Assembly: GCA_963723785.1 (NCBI GenBank)
Contig: CAVRSB010000020.1
Span: 25,543 to 89,542, forward strand
DNA length: 64,000 bases
From: an uncultured Actinomycetes bacterium
Lineage (GTDB): Bacteria > Actinomycetota > Thermoleophilia > Gaiellales > JAICJC01
Reading direction: 5' to 3'
How positions within the stretch are numbered: position 1 is the first letter of the stretch; each line of letters opens with the position of its first letter. The translations under genes and the position numbers were made by a program. This document shows, piece after piece, positions 40,777 through 53,660 of this stretch. The notes beneath the pieces are model-generated. The model was not told the origin of the DNA, ran no database searches, and saw only the letters and a list, made by a program, of their open reading frames with translations.

Positions 40777-43239
40777 CTACTTGGGCGCGACCACCGGCGG
40801 GGCGCTGTTGAAGCTGTGCTCGAGCTCGGTCATGAAATGCGCTGCGGTGATCATCCGCAGGTGCTGGACGAGGTTGGTACGGGGATCGACCCACAGCCGG
40901 AAGAACACCGACGCCGGATCGGCCCGGGAACCGGGGATGACCAGCGTCAACACCCGCTGTGAGGCGGTCTCGCGGACGAGATGCGCGGCGATCGCGCCCG
41001 GTGCCCAGAACGGGTCGGGAACCCGGGTGCCGCCTCCGGGGCCGAGTGACTGCTTCCTCCACGAGCCGTTGGGCTGCTGCACGTACTGAACGTTTCCGAT
41101 CACGACCTGCTGCTGCCCGCCGTGCACATTCACCGCCACCCGGTTGGGAGCCTGGCTGACGAACGTGGTGGTGACGCTGCGGGTGGGGCTCGAGGCCAAC
41201 ACCTGCTCTGACTGGACGCTCTGCAATCCCCGGAAGGCCCGCGCCGTGGCACGCAGCATCCCCGCTGCAGCCGGAGCGGTTGCCGCCGGCAGACCGAGCA
41301 CCGTCTGCACCGTGGCACCACCGGGGCGCAGCACCTTGACCGTGACGGGGGCCGCCGCGACCGGCACCGTCGCCGTGTAGCAGGCGGGAGTGCGAGGGCA
41401 GGGGAGGGCCAACCGGTGGTCGACCAGCACCAGCGCGTCTGGCACTCCCATGCCTGTGGGTGCGATCAGGATCACGCGCGCCGCCCTGCTTCCGACTCGC
41501 TGCATTCCCACCGCCAGGCTGCCGGCCTGCTCCGCGGCGACCGCGCCCGCCCGGGTGGGAATCGGCGGCGGCACCGGAGTGGTGCTGGGCGGCCCGATCG
41601 GGAGGGTGGCGGTGCGTGGGGATCCGCCGCCGCTCACCTGCAGGATGGCCTGTCCCGGGCCGACGTTGGCGAGCACTCCGGCGTAGGCGTTGCCGAACGG
41701 CGCCAGCACCGCCTGAGAGGTGGTGCCGTCGGCCGAGCGGACGGTCACCCGGATGTGGGCAGGATGCCCTGTGGTACGTACTGCCACCAGGTTGGGGCCG
41801 GCGGTGCCCGGCCACAGCGAGAGCCGGCCGCCGCCTTCCAGATCAACGGTGGCCGGCCCGCCGGCCGGTGGCGGGGCGGCTCCAGTGGCTGCGTAGCCGG
41901 GGGAGTTGGCCGGTGGTACGTTCGTCAGCACCGTCACCGCCCCGATCAGCACCGCCATCACGCCCAGCTCGATCAGGCCACGGCGGTGGATCTCAGAGAA
42001 CCGCGCCAGGCCGCGACGGTTGCGGTAGCCCAAGGCCACCAACACGATCAGCAGTACCGTCTTTAGCACCAGCAGCCGTCCGTACGAGGTCGACCAGAGC
42101 TGCGACACCGCGTCGACCTCCCACAGCGCCCGGGCACCTCCGGTCAGTGACAACACCACCACCGCGCCCAGCGCGAGGGCGGAGAAGCGCGTGACGACGG
42201 CAGTGCGGGTGTCGCGCTGTTCGTCACCGGTGAGGCCCCGGGTGGCATGCGGCGTGACCCACACCAGCTGTGCCAGCCCACCGATCCAGACGGCTGCGGC
42301 GGTGACGTGCAGGGCGTCGATGATCACCACCACGACACCATGGCCAGGGTCACCCGCATGCCCGGCGATGCCGGGCACGACCACCGCCCACGCACCCAAA
42401 ACGATCGCCACCGGCGCCAGCGCCAGGGCCGCCACCCGCGAGTACCGCCGCACCAGAATCGTGATCGCGGCGATCACCGCGAACGCGGCGGTGATATCGA
42501 TGCCACGGCCGAACTCGCGTCCAAACCGGGTGGCCTGCAACGCCGAGCCGACCGGCCCGCGGTGGTCAAATGCCTCCCAGAACGACACGCCCGCGACCTC
42601 GGAGCCCTGCACCGTGAGCGCGATCCAGCCGCCTCCGAGCATCAGCACGGTGGCCAGGGTGAACAGCTGGTTGGCCCGGTGCGTCTCGCGCAGATCGGCC
42701 ATCCGGCGCCGCTGCGGCTCGAGCTTGTCGGCGATCGGCGCGAACACGGCCACACGGAACACGATCCCGCCGATCACCAGCAGCAGGCCGGCGAAATACG
42801 CATACCGGGCAGCCAGGTATGTCCAGTCGATGGGGGTGGTGGCGGTGGTCGCGGCCTGCGGCGCAGGCCGGCCCTTGCCCACGCCGAAGGCCAGTACCCC
42901 CGAGATCAGATGTCCGTCGGTGGAGACCACCCGCCAGCGAACCGTGTAGTCGCCGTCGGCCAGGTTCGGCTGCAGGCCGATCGCGAGGATGCGGGCGTTC
43001 GCAGGGTCGGAATGGGCGGCTCCACGCGTGACCGAATCGCCGTGGGAGTCGACCACTTCGGTGCCTCCGACCACCGGCTGCACCGCCTGGTCGAATGTGA
43101 GCGTCACCTGGGCGGGTGCCTGGGCCACCACGCTTTGGGCCTCGGGGGTGGAGGTGAGCAGGGTCGCGTGCGCCTGCGCCGTGGCCGGCAGCGCGGCGAA
43201 TACCAACATCACGATCAGCACACGCGCGGTCACGCGCAT
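40777..43239 (-). CDS. Copper resistance CopC-CopD fusion protein (YcnJ-like) with long C-terminal extracytoplasmic extension
   Basis: ATG 43239 lies 7 nt after GGAGG. The signal peptide ends AQAHA. The CopC domain starts HATLLTSTPE and contains ..GDYTVRWRVVSTDGH. About 8 TM CopD-like helices follow, then roughly 330 aa of soluble sequence. The gene is intact with no frame change. The ORF extension to 43518 was rejected. Confidence 0.82.
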   Translation of the reverse strand: MRVTARVLIVMLVFAALPATAQAHATLLTSTPEAQSVVAQAPAQVTLTFDQAVQPVVGGTEVVDSHGDSVTRGAAHSDPANARILAIGLQPNLADGDYTVRWRVVSTDGHLISGVLAFGVGKGRPAPQAATTATTPIDWTYLAARYAYFAGLLLVIGGIVFRVAVFAPIADKLEPQRRRMADLRETHRANQLFTLATVLMLGGGWIALTVQGSEVAGVSFWEAFDHRGPVGSALQATRFGREFGRGIDITAAFAVIAAITILVRRYSRVAALALAPVAIVLGAWAVVVPGIAGHAGDPGHGVVVVIIDALHVTAAAVWIGGLAQLVWVTPHATRGLTGDEQRDTRTAVVTRFSALALGAVVVLSLTGGARALWEVDAVSQLWSTSYGRLLVLKTVLLIVLVALGYRNRRGLARFSEIHRRGLIELGVMAVLIGAVTVLTNVPPANSPGYAATGAAPPPAGGPATVDLEGGGRLSLWPGTAGPNLVAVRTTGHPAHIRVTVRSADGTTSQAVLAPFGNAYAGVLANVGPGQAILQVSGGGSPRTATLPIGPPSTTPVPPPIPTRAGAVAAEQAGSLAVGMQRVGSRAARVILIAPTGMGVPDALVLVDHRLALPCPRTPACYTATVPVAAAPVTVKVLRPGGATVQTVLGLPAATAPAAAGMLRATARAFRGLQSVQSEQVLASSPTRSVTTTFVSQAPNRVAVNVHGGQQQVVIGNVQYVQQPNGSWRKQSLGPGGGTRVPDPFWAPGAIAAHLVRETASQRVLTLVIPGSRADPASVFFRLWVDPRTNLVQHLRMITAAHFMTELEHSFNSAPPVVAPK

Positions 43240-43796
43240 GGCGGCAACCTCCAGGTCGAGCAGAGACTTTCCGAGACGCGGTGGCTCAGGCCAGAGCCGG
43301 AGGTGCCCGGGGGGAGGAGGTGGCGGCGTGCGGCAGCGGGTGTGGGATCTCGATGCGACCGGCGAATTCGCCGGTCGCATCTGCAGTGTGCTGAGCAACG
43401 CGCTGCCAGCGCCAGCACTCGGCCGGACGAGCCACGAGTCGGCGGCATGCAGGAGTACCGCGACATCAGCGCCAGCGATGCGTGCAGCGCGAGCGCGCCC
43501 GCCTGCCCCATCCGGCATGCACGCCGGCCACGATCAGTGCGCCGTGTGTGGCCAGCTGCGCGGCCAGTAGTGTCGCTGCCGTGATCCACATCGCCGGCGG
43601 CAGTGGTGCCGAGGTACAGCGTGCGAAAGCCCCGGGTAGCTGCAGCTGCAGCGCCGGTCACGGCACCGGCGGCCGCTATGGCGGTCATCATCCAACGCGG
43701 GTCGGCCATCAGCGCCGGGCCGCCGTGGGCGGCGATCGCAGCCGCCGCAGTGAGCGTGGCCGCCAGCCCGCGGCGGGTGTGCAAGGTGCGCTCCAC
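43230..43796 (-). CDS. Hypothetical Ala-rich membrane protein upstream of copCD (reading frame uncertain)
   Basis: An ORF is present, and alternative frames show TM-like His-containing helices (..WITAATLLAAQLATHGALIVAGVHAGWG..). It probably carries frame errors. No family is recognised. Confidence 0.3.
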   Translation of the reverse strand: MERTLHTRRGLAATLTAAAAIAAHGGPALMADPRWMMTAIAAAGAVTGAAAAATRGFRTLYLGTTAAGDVDHGSDTTGRAAGHTRRTDRGRRACRMGQAGALALHASLALMSRYSCMPPTRGSSGRVLALAARCSAHCRCDRRIRRSHRDPTPAAARRHLLPPGTSGSGLSHRVSESLCSTWRLPPCA

Positions 43797-43834
43797 CAGC
43801 GGAGTATGGCAGAGGACTGTAGGGTTTCAGCGTG

Positions 43835-45038
43835 ATGGACCCGGGCACACTTGATCGGCTGGCCGAGTTGGCGGTCAACTTCGGCGCGTGCGTTCAGCCG
43901 AACCAGCATGTGGTGATCCAGTCAGAGGTGGGGGAAGGAGCTGCTGACGCGCGCGGTTGCCGAGCACGCCTACCGCGCCGGGGCGCTGCATGTCAGCGTC
44001 GAGTACGGCGATTCCTGGATCAAGCGCGCTCGCATCGAGCACGGCATCGACGCCGCGCTCGGCTACGGCCCTGACTGGGTGCGTTCCCGAGTGCGTGAGC
44101 TGGGCGATTCGCACGGTGCCGCCATCGCCCTGGTGGGACCGGCCGAACCGGGCGTACTGGCAGGGCTCGACAGCGACCGGCTCGCCCGCGACCGCCCTCC
44201 GGCGGCCAAGGAGGGGATTCGCAATCTGACCGAGTCGCTCACCAACTGGACGGTCGTGCCGTGCCCGACATCAGGGTGGGCGGCGCAGGTCTACCCGGAC
44301 AGCGACCCCGAGGCAGCGCTGGACAAGCTGTGGGAGCAGGTGGCGCACATCTGCCGCCTGGACACCGAGGATCCGGTTGCGGCCTGGAGCTCGCGGTTCG
44401 TGGATCTGGCCAGGGTCAAGGATGCGCTCACAGCCCGCCGGTTCGACGCCCTCCACCTGCAGGCGCCGGGCACCGACCTGACGATCGGCCTTTTGCCCAC
44501 GAGCTCGTGGTGCACTGGGTCGCTGACGACGTCGTGGGGACTGGAACACCACCCCAACATCCCGTCCGAAGAGGTGTTCACGACACCCGACCCGGTGCGG
44601 GTCGACGGCGTCGTGCGCTCAACCAAGCCGCTGGAGCGCGAAGGGCAGATGATTCTCGGCCTGGAGGTCGAGTTCGCCGAGGGCAGGGTGGTGCGCATCG
44701 ACGCTGATCAGGGAGCCGACGTGATGCGCGGATACTGCGGCCGGGACGAGGGAGCCGCCCGCTTGGGTGAGGTCGCGCTGGTGGACGGCAGCGGCCGCAT
44801 CGGCCCGCTCGAGACGGTGTTTTGGACGACGCTGATCGACGAGAACGCCGCCAGCCACATCGCGCTCGGGCAGGGCTTCGACTGGGCTGTGGGTGAGGCC
44901 GACCGCGACCGCATCAACCGCAGCGAGCTGCACATCGACTTCATGATCGGCTCATCCGAGATGGTCGTGACGGGCATCACCGGTGACGGCACACGCGTGC
45001 CGGTGCTCGAGCGCGGCGCCTGGCAGATCGAAAGCTAA
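43835..45038 (+). CDS. Aminopeptidase, M29 family (AmpS/PepS-like); 1 frame change as assembled
   Basis: MDPGTLDRLAELAVNFGACVQPNQHVVIQSEVG is followed, after a break at the G-run 43931-43934, by KELLTRAVAEHAYRAGALHVSVEY... Further on come ..NIPSEEVFTTP.. and ..HIALGQGF..HIDFMIG. Confidence 0.82.
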
Positions 45039-45045
45039 GCCAGGG

Positions 45046-45510
45046 TCAGGCTGCGCCGGTGCGCATGCGGTGGATCGTCGCGATGATCTCGGACGGATCC
45101 AGATCGCTGTCCGGCCCGCCGCCGAACGATCCTCCGCGCAGCCGCATGGACGTGTAGGTCATCAGGTCGCGCATCGACACCAGCCCGATCACCGCGCCGT
45201 CGCCGTTGACGACCGGCAGGTGGCGGAAGTGCCCGTCGACCATCAACGCCAGCGCCTCGGGGATCTCGGTGGTGGGCGCGGCGGTGAGCACGTGTCGGGT
45301 CATCCGCTCCTCGACCGGGGTCGCGGGATCCATGCCCTCGCTGAAGCAGCGCAGCAGATCGCGTTCGGTGATCACTCCCACCAACTCGTCACCGGACATG
45401 ACAACGGTGGCGCCGGTCTCGGCCTCCACCATCCTGCTGGCGGCGTCGCCGATGGCGCTCTCCGGGCTCACCGAGACGATCTGCGTGGACATGACGTCTG
45501 TCAGCTGCAT
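45046..45510 (-). CDS. CBS domain pair protein
   Basis: ATG 45510 starts the gene (MQLTDVMSTQIVSV..). Two CBS motifs are present: ..GATVVMSGDELVGVITERDLL.. and ..FRHLPVVNGDGAVIGLVSMRDLM. Confidence 0.82.
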   Translation of the reverse strand: MQLTDVMSTQIVSVSPESAIGDAASRMVEAETGATVVMSGDELVGVITERDLLRCFSEGMDPATPVEERMTRHVLTAAPTTEIPEALALMVDGHFRHLPVVNGDGAVIGLVSMRDLMTYTSMRLRGGSFGGGPDSDLDPSEIIATIHRMRTGAA

Positions 45511-45538
45511 CAGGTCAACTGTACCCGGAGCCCGGCAC

Positions 45539-46797
45539 TCAAGCGAGCAGCATCGACGGCGCTTGCAGGTTTCGCTTGATCGAATGGAGCAGCCGGGCGC
45601 CGTCGGCCCCTGAGCAGGCGCGATGGTCACAGGCCAGCGTGACGGTCATGATCGAGCGCACCACGATCTGCCCGTCGACCACCACCGGTCGCTCGACCGT
45701 GGCACCGACCGCGAGAATCGCCGATTCCGGCGGATTGATGATCGCGGCGAACGACGAGACATCCATCATGCCGAGGTTGGAGATCGTGAACGTGCCGCCC
45801 TCGATCTCGTTCTGCTTGAGGCCGCCGTCGCGGGCCCGGGTGCCCAGGTCGCGCGCGGCCACCGCGATCTCGCGCAGGCTGCGGGTGTCGGCGGCTCGCA
45901 GCACCGGCACGATCAGGCCGTCCTCGAGCGCCACCGCGATGCCGATGTTGGCGTGCGGGTGGTAGGCGTGGCGGCCGTCGACATAGGAGCGGTGCGCCTG
46001 GGGATGCTCGATCAGCGCCATCGCGCATGCCCGCACGATCAGGTCGTTGATGCTGATCTTCTCGCCGGCGGCGGCCAGGCCCTCGTTCAGCTCTGCCCGC
46101 GTCTGGCCGGCGCGAGTCATGTCGATCTCGGCCGACAGGTAGAAGTGGGGGACGGTGGTCTTCGACTCCGACATGCGGCGGGCGATCGCCTTCAGCATCG
46201 GTGTCAGATCACGCAGCTCGTCCTCGTCGCTGGGAGCGGTGAAGGCGGTCGGGGCTGGTCGGTGCTGCGGCAGCCGGTGCGGCGCTGCCGCCTCCCGCCG
46301 CGATCGCGCGTTCCACGTCGGCCTTGACGATGCGCCCGTCGGGGCCTGAGCCGGTCCCGCCAGCGTCGACACGTCGATCCCTGCGCGATCGGCCATGCGC
46401 CGCGCGATCGGGCTGATGCGAAGCGCTCCGCCGGCGCCCTTGCCGTTGTCGGCGGGGGCTTGCCGGCTGCTGCTTCGGCGGCCGGGGCCGGTGCGGCCTG
46501 AGGCTCCTCGGCGGGCTCGGCCTGGACTTCCGCTGCGGGCGCGTCGGGCACCTGCTCGCCCTGCTCTCCAATCAGTGCGATCGGCGCACCCAGGGCGACC
46601 GTCTCGCCGTCGCCCACCAGGATCTTGAGCAGCGTCCCGTCGGCGTAGGCCTGGAACTCCATGGTGGCCTTGTCGGTCTCGATCTCGGCCAGCACGTCGC
46701 CCTCTTTGATCGAGTCGCCCTCCTGCTTCAGCCAGCGCCCGATCGTGCCTTCTTCCATGGTGTCGCTCAGCCGCGGCATCACCAGCTCTTCCGCCAT
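45539..46797 (-). CDS. 2-oxoacid dehydrogenase E2, dihydrolipoamide acyltransferase (several frame changes in the linker region as assembled)
   Basis: The lipoyl domain is MAEELVMPRLSDTMEEGTIGRWLKQEGD..EIETDKATMEF. An Ala/Pro linker follows, then the PSBD (..ARRMADRAGIDVSTLAG.GSGPDGRIVKADVE) and the catalytic domain with the DHRACSGADGARLL active site. Confidence 0.88.
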
Positions 46798-46808
46798 CAA
46801 CTCTCCCC

Positions 46809-47807
46809 TTATGTGATTCCGCATTCGCGCAAGCAGATTCCGCGCTGCGGCTTCGATCTTGGACTCCAGCGGCAGTGCTGCCCGCTCCAACGGTTTGGCG
46901 TACGGCATCGGAACCTCGGCCGATCCCACTCGTTCGACCGGCGCGTCGAGGTCATCGAAGCACACGCGGGAGATTCGGGCGGCCAGTTCGGCGCCGACTC
47001 CGTAGGTCGACCAGCCCTCTTCGGCGATCAGCGCGCGGTTGGTCTTGCGCACCGACTCGGCCACGGTGTCCACGTCCAGCGGCCGCAGCGAGCGCAGGTC
47101 GACGACCTCGACCGCGAGGCCGTCCTGGGCCAGCCGGTCGGCGACGCGCAGCGCGCGCTGGACGGTGTAGGAGTGGGCCACGATGGTCAGATCAGTGCCT
47201 TCGCGGGCGATCTGCGGCCTGGCCGAACGGGACCGTGAACTCGCGGATCATCGGGAATCGTGCCGTTGACGTTGTACAGCACCAGGTTCTCGCAGAACAG
47301 CACCGGGTCGTCGTCGCGGATTGCCGTCTTCAGCATCCCGTTGGCGTCGGCGGGCGTTGGCGGGCGCGACGACCTTGAGGCCGGGGCAGCCGGCGAACCA
47401 GGCCTCGAGGCTCTGCGAGTGCTGGGCGGTGAGCTGGGCGCCGGCGCCGCCGGGCGTGCGGATCACCAGCGGCACGCCGACGGTGCCGCCGAACATGTAC
47501 CGGATCTTGGCGGCGTGGTTGACGACCTGGTCCATCGCGACCAGGATGAAGTTGATCGTCATGATCTCGATCACCGGCCGCAGGCCCAGCATGGCCGCGC
47601 CGATGCCGGCGCCGACGAAGCCCTCCTCGGAGATCGGCGTCTCGCGCACGCGCTGGGGGCCGTACTTCTGCCACAGGCCGGCGGTGACCTTGTAGGAGCC
47701 CTCGAACCGGCCGATCTCCTCGCCCATCAGCAGCACCGACTCGGTCGCGGCGCGAGCTCGTCGTCGAGTGCTCGCCGCAGCGCCTCGCGGTAGGTCAGGT
47801 CGGCCAT
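46809..47807 (-). CDS. 2-oxoacid dehydrogenase E1 beta subunit (multiple frame changes as assembled)
   Basis: The N-terminus is [18 protein letters not shown].. Later segments are ..[54 protein letters not shown].. and a C-terminal ..[15 protein letters not shown]... The likely stop TAA 46809-46811 is followed by GGGGAGAG and the E2 ATG. As assembled, E1 beta reads through in frame into E2. Confidence 0.85.
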
Positions 47808-48896
47808 GACTGCGCCCTCTCCGCGCTCGCCGAACGGTGCGCCGGCGTGCATCCGCCGGAACTGCTCGGGCGCGGCGGCATCGCCGTACAGGTGCTCGTA
47901 GAGCGAGTCGCGGTCGGGGTCGGCGGCGCTCAGGGCCTCGTCGATCGCCTGCTTGACCACCTCGTTGACCTCGCGCCAGATCTCTTCGATGTCGCCGTCG
48001 CTCAGGAGCCCCTGCTCGGCTGCGCACCAGGCCGAAGCGGGTGATCGGGTCGCGCTGCTTCCACGATTCGATCTCCTCGGCGCTGCGGTACACCTTGCCG
48101 GCGTCGGCCACCGAGTGGCCGCGGAAGCGGTAGGTGACCGTCTCGAGCAGCGCCGGCCGTGCGCTCCGACGCGGGCCTCGCGCAGCAGTCGGGCCGCCGC
48201 CTCCCGCACCGCCATCAGGTCGTTGCCGTCGATTCGCTCGCCGTGCATGCGGTATGCGGCGGCGCGCTTCCACAGGTCGGGCTCGGCCGCCGACTGGTCG
48301 ACGGAGGTGCCCATCCCGTACTGGTTGTTGATCACCTGAAAGACGATCGGCAGCTGCCACACCGCGGCCAGGTTGAGGGCCTCGTGAAACGCGCCGGTGG
48401 CGACGGCGCCGTCGCCGAACTGGCACAGCACCGCGCTCGGGCTGCTCGGTGTGCTCGAGCGCGAGCGCGGCGCCGGTGGCGATCGGCAGGTGGCGCGCCG
48501 ACGATGCCCCAGCCGCCGTAGAAGCGGCGCTCGACGTCGAGCAGGTGCATCGAGCCGCCACGACCGTGGGCCGACGCCGGTGACCTTGCCGAACAGCTCT
48601 GCCATGACCGCGCCGGGAGGGCTGCCGACGGCCAGCGCGGTGCCGTGGTCGCGATAGGAGGCGAACACGCAGTCGCCGTCCTGCATCGCGTCGATCGCGC
48701 CAACCACCGAGGCCTCTTCGCCGATCGCAAGGTGGCAGTAGCCGCCGATCCGGGCGCGCGTGTACTGCTCCTCGGTGCGCTCCTCGAAACGGCGGATCAG
48801 CACCATCTCGCCGAAACAGCCGGTGGGCCGTCTCGGCGTCGAGTTGAAGCGGGGACTGTGATTGTGCCGGGCGCCATGCGGGAACCTTATCGTCAT
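47795..48896 (-). CDS. 2-oxoacid dehydrogenase E1 alpha subunit, TPP-dependent (multiple frame changes; both ends approximate)
   Basis: Recognisable segments include ..[16 protein letters not shown].., [15 protein letters not shown], the TPP motif region ..[36 protein letters not shown].. and ..[11 protein letters not shown].. in alternate frames. The start is either ATG 48896 or ATG 48877. Confidence 0.8.
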
Positions 48897-48917
48897 CGTC
48901 GGGTAGGCTCTTGATCG

Positions 48918-49173
48918 ATGGCCACTCGCAGTCACGATTCCCGGCCTGGGCGACGACGACAGCCGGCGCGGTGCTGATCCGCTTTCTGGTGGCCGAGGGC
49001 GCACCGTGTCAAGCGCGGCGATCCGCTGTATGAGCTGGACACCGACAAGGTCACCCAGGAGGTGGAGGCAGAGGCCGAGGGCGTGCTGTTGCAGGTGGTC
49101 GGCCGGACCCGGCGGCGAGTATCCGGCGGGGGCCACCATCGCCTGGATCGGCGAGCCCGGCGAGCAGCTCTGA
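48918..49173 (+). CDS. Stand-alone lipoyl-attachment domain protein (~84 aa; several frame changes as assembled)
   Basis: Reconstruction across frames gives ..[70 protein letters not shown]. The conserved lipoyl-lysine context (E)LDTDKV is present. Confidence 0.6.
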
Positions 49174-50670
<1,497 letters not shown>

Positions 50671-50677
50671 CACTCAC

Positions 50678-52372
50678 ATGATCACCCGCGCATCGCGGTT
50701 CCTCATGCCCACGTTGAAGGACGACCCGGCCGACGCCGAGGCCGTCAGCCACCGCCTGCTGGTGCGAGCCGGGTATGTCCGACAGGTGGGGTCGGGGCTC
50801 TACACCTTCCTGCCGCTCGGCTGGAAGGTGATGCAGCGGATCGCAGCGATCCTGCGCGAGGAAATGGATACGCTGGCGAATGGAAGTGTCGATGCCGGTG
50901 CTGAACCCGGCCGAACTGTGGCGCGAGACCCAGCGGTACGACGTCGACAACCTGTTCCGGCTGGAGGACTCGTCCGGCAAGCAGTACGTGCTGGCGATGA
51001 CCCACGAGGAGTGCTTCACCTTCCACGCTGCCCGCGAGATCCGCTCCTATCGGGAGCTGCCGCAGGTGTGGTACCAGATCCAGACCAAGGAGCGGGACGA
51101 GCCGCGGCCGAAGAGCGGGATCCTGCGCACCCGCGAGTTCATGATGAAGGATTCGTACAGCTTCGACCGAGACGACGACGGGCTGGATGCGTCGTATGAC
51201 CGGCACATCGAGGTGTATCGACGGATCTTCGAACGGTGCGGCCTGGCGACCTGGATGGTGGAGTCGGATACCGGCATGATGGGCGGCAAGTCGGCCCACG
51301 AGTTCATGGCGCCCAGCCCGTCGGGCGAGGATCGCCTGGTGCTGTGCTCGAACTGCGACTACGCCGCCAATCTCGAGGTCGCGCGCTCGATCCCGCGGCC
51401 GCCCGTGTTTCCTGACGCGTTGGATGCGCCCCAGCAGGTGGAGACGCCCGACGTGACCACCATCGAAGGGCTGGCAGAGTTTCTGGGGGTGGACGAGGCG
51501 GCCACCGCCAAGGCGATGCCGGTGGTGGCCGAAGGGCAGGTCGTGCTGGGGCTGGTGCGCGGTGACGACCGGCTGCACCAGCTGAAGATGCAGAAGGCGC
51601 TCAAGTCCGACTTCCGACCCGCCACTGCAGAAGAGATCCGTTCCACCTTCGGTGCCGAGCCGGGATCGATCGGGCCGGTGGGCGTCGACGTGCGGGTGAT
51701 CGCCGACGAGTCGCTTGCGCGACGGTCAGTTCGTTTCCGGCGCGAACGTGACCGGGCACCATCTGCTGGGCGTCCAGGCCGGACGGGATTTTCAGGCCGA
51801 GTTTCACGATCTGCGCGAGGTATCCGATGCCGAGACGTGCCCAAGCTGCGGCACCGGTACGTTGCGGGTGGAGCGGGCCATCGAGGTGGGCAACATCTTC
51901 AAGCTGGGTACCCGGTTCTCAGAAGCTCCTGGGGGCCACCTATCTGGACGAGTCCGGTTCCGAGCATCCGATCGTGATGGGCAGCTACGGCATCGGGCTG
52001 GCCCGGATCATGGCCTCGGTGGTGGAGCAGTCCCACGACGAGAAGGGCATCATCTGGCCGGCCGCGCTGGCACCGTTCGATGTGCACATGGTCGTGATCG
52101 GTGAGCCCGGTGCGCCGCAGCTGGAAGCTGCCGACACGATCGCCGCCGGGCTGGACGCCCGCGGCCTGCGGGTGTTGCTGGACGACCGCGATATGGGCCC
52201 CGGGGCGCGCTTTGCCGACGCCGAGCTGATCGGGATCCCGGTTCGGGTGACGGTGGGCAAGCGCACCGCCAGCGACGGCACCGCCGACGTGCAGGTGCGG
52301 CGGGGCCGCGAGCAGACGTCGCTGGCGGTGGCCGACGTGCCCGATGCGGTTGTGCAGGCGCTCGCCGAGTGA
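50678..52372 (+). CDS. proS: Proline--tRNA ligase (3 frame changes as assembled)
   Basis: The N-terminus is MITRASRFLMPTLKDDPADAEAVSHRLLVRAGYVRQV. Class II motifs (..FRLEDSSGKQYVLAMTHEE.., TREFMMKDSYSF), the INS editing region and the anticodon-binding C-terminus are present. The frames step 2>0>1>2. Confidence 0.92.
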
Positions 52373-52378
52373 TGCGAA

Positions 52379-52950
52379 CTAGTTTCCGCCGGTGCCGGCT
52401 GTGCGGGCCGGGGGCGTCACGACCACGCGCACTGAACCGGGGGATGCGGTATTATCGTTCTTGGCAGCCTGCCATCGAGCCTGGGCGTTGCGTAGCCGAG
52501 CGACGTACGCGGCGGCACCCTTGGCCGGAAGCCGTACGACGACGGTTGGCGTTCGTGGCGGTTCCGGTAGTGTCTCCTGCTGAGGGTGCCGGCAGCGGAG
52601 GAGTGGAGCAGCTTGCGGGCGTCGCCGGCGGAGATGGTGTAGACGCGCTCCGCGATCGAGGGCCCGACACTCTTGGAGCCAAGGTCGGCCTCTGCAGCCG
52701 CGCGCGTCGCCAGTCCGGTGGACTGTGACGAGCCTCCCAGGTTTGACGCGCCGATCGCGGCGCCGCCCAGGGCACAGGCAACCGCTGCAGCCGCGAGCAC
52801 CGGGCGCCACAGTCGCCGCTGGCGAGCGCGCCGGCGGCGCGGCTCGGCCGCGACCTGAGCCATCACCTCGCTGCGGAGATCCGCCGGGGCCTGCGCCTGA
52901 CCTTCGGCCCGAAGCCGGCGGGCAATGTCGGTATTCGGGTCGTCGCTCAC
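52379..52950 (-). CDS. Anti-sigma factor, single-pass membrane protein (frame change as assembled)
   Basis: GTG 52950 overlaps the sigma stop (GTGA). A short cytoplasmic part is followed by a TM helix (LWRPVLAAAAVACALGGAAIGA) and an extracytoplasmic tail that ends in another frame at 52379. The assignment is by position and topology only. Confidence 0.55.
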
Positions 52951-53470
52951 GTGGCGCGCTCCGGGTCGAGCTGCTGCGCCAGGGTGGCGCGGGCGCGATG
53001 CAGACGTGATTTGACGGTGCCCGGCGGCAGGTCGAGCAACTCGGCGGTCTCCTCCATCGACATGCCCACAATGTCGCACGCGGTGATGACGGTGCGAAAG
53101 TCGAGATCGAGGCCGGCCAGAGCATCCATCAGGTCGATGGTGGCGGGGGTATCGACGCTGTCGACACCGCCGGCACCTCGTCGACCGGCTGGGGAGTGCG
53201 CTTGCGCCGCTCGATCACGTCGTAGGCCTTGCGCACGACGATCCGGTAGATCCACGTCGAGAAGCGGGCATCACCGCGGAAGCGGTCGAGCGCCCGCCAG
53301 GCCGAGATCAGGCCTTCCTGCACGCAATCGCGCGCGTCCGCCTCGGAGGAGGTGATGCGCAGCGCGAGCGTGTACAGGCGGTCCTGGTAGCGCACCACCA
53401 GCTGCTCGAAGGCCGCGGCGTCGCCGCGGGCGGCCTTTCCGGCCAGCTTCTCGTCAGACTCCTCGCGCAC
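52947..53470 (-). CDS. ECF (sigma-70 group IV) RNA polymerase sigma factor (frame change as assembled)
   Basis: Region 2 is AAAFEQLVVRYQDRLYTLALRITSSEADARDCVQEGLISAWRALDRFRGDARFSTWIYRIV. Region 4 is ..FRTVITACDIVGMSMEETAELLDLPPGTVKSRLHRAR. The start is GTG 53470. The ORF extension across tRNA-Pro was rejected. Confidence 0.85.
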
Positions 53471-53586
53471 AGCCGGATGGTATGCGCGGGTACGGTCGCG
53501 AAGTGGGATTGAGATGGCCGCCGACTGGTTCACTGGCACTTTGACCGTCTGGGAGGGCGTGGGGTTCCCGATATACTCGGCGGTCT

Positions 53587-53660
53587 CGGGGCGTGGCGCA
53601 GCCTGGTAGCGCACCCGGCTGGGGGCCGGGCGGTCGCAGGTTCAAATCCTGCCGCCCCGA
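53587..53660 (+). tRNA. tRNA-Pro (anticodon GGG)
   Basis: The sequence folds as a cloverleaf. Acceptor CGGGGCG/CGCCCCG; D arm GCGC..GCGC; anticodon stem CCCGG/CCGGG with loop CTGGGGG; T arm GCAGG-TTCAAAT-CCTGC; discriminator A. No CCA is encoded. Confidence 0.9.

Noticed and set aside
46204-47181. In-frame E1beta-E2 fusion protein suggested by the continuous ORF
   Set aside because: A TAA (46809-46811) in the adjacent frame is followed by GGGGAGAG and the E2 ATG. This indicates two genes, with the read-through created by a nearby frame error.
53470-53614. N-terminal extension of the ECF sigma ORF (53129..53614) across tRNA-Pro
   Set aside because: It would overlap the tRNA gene. The conserved sigma region 2 begins just after GTG 53470.
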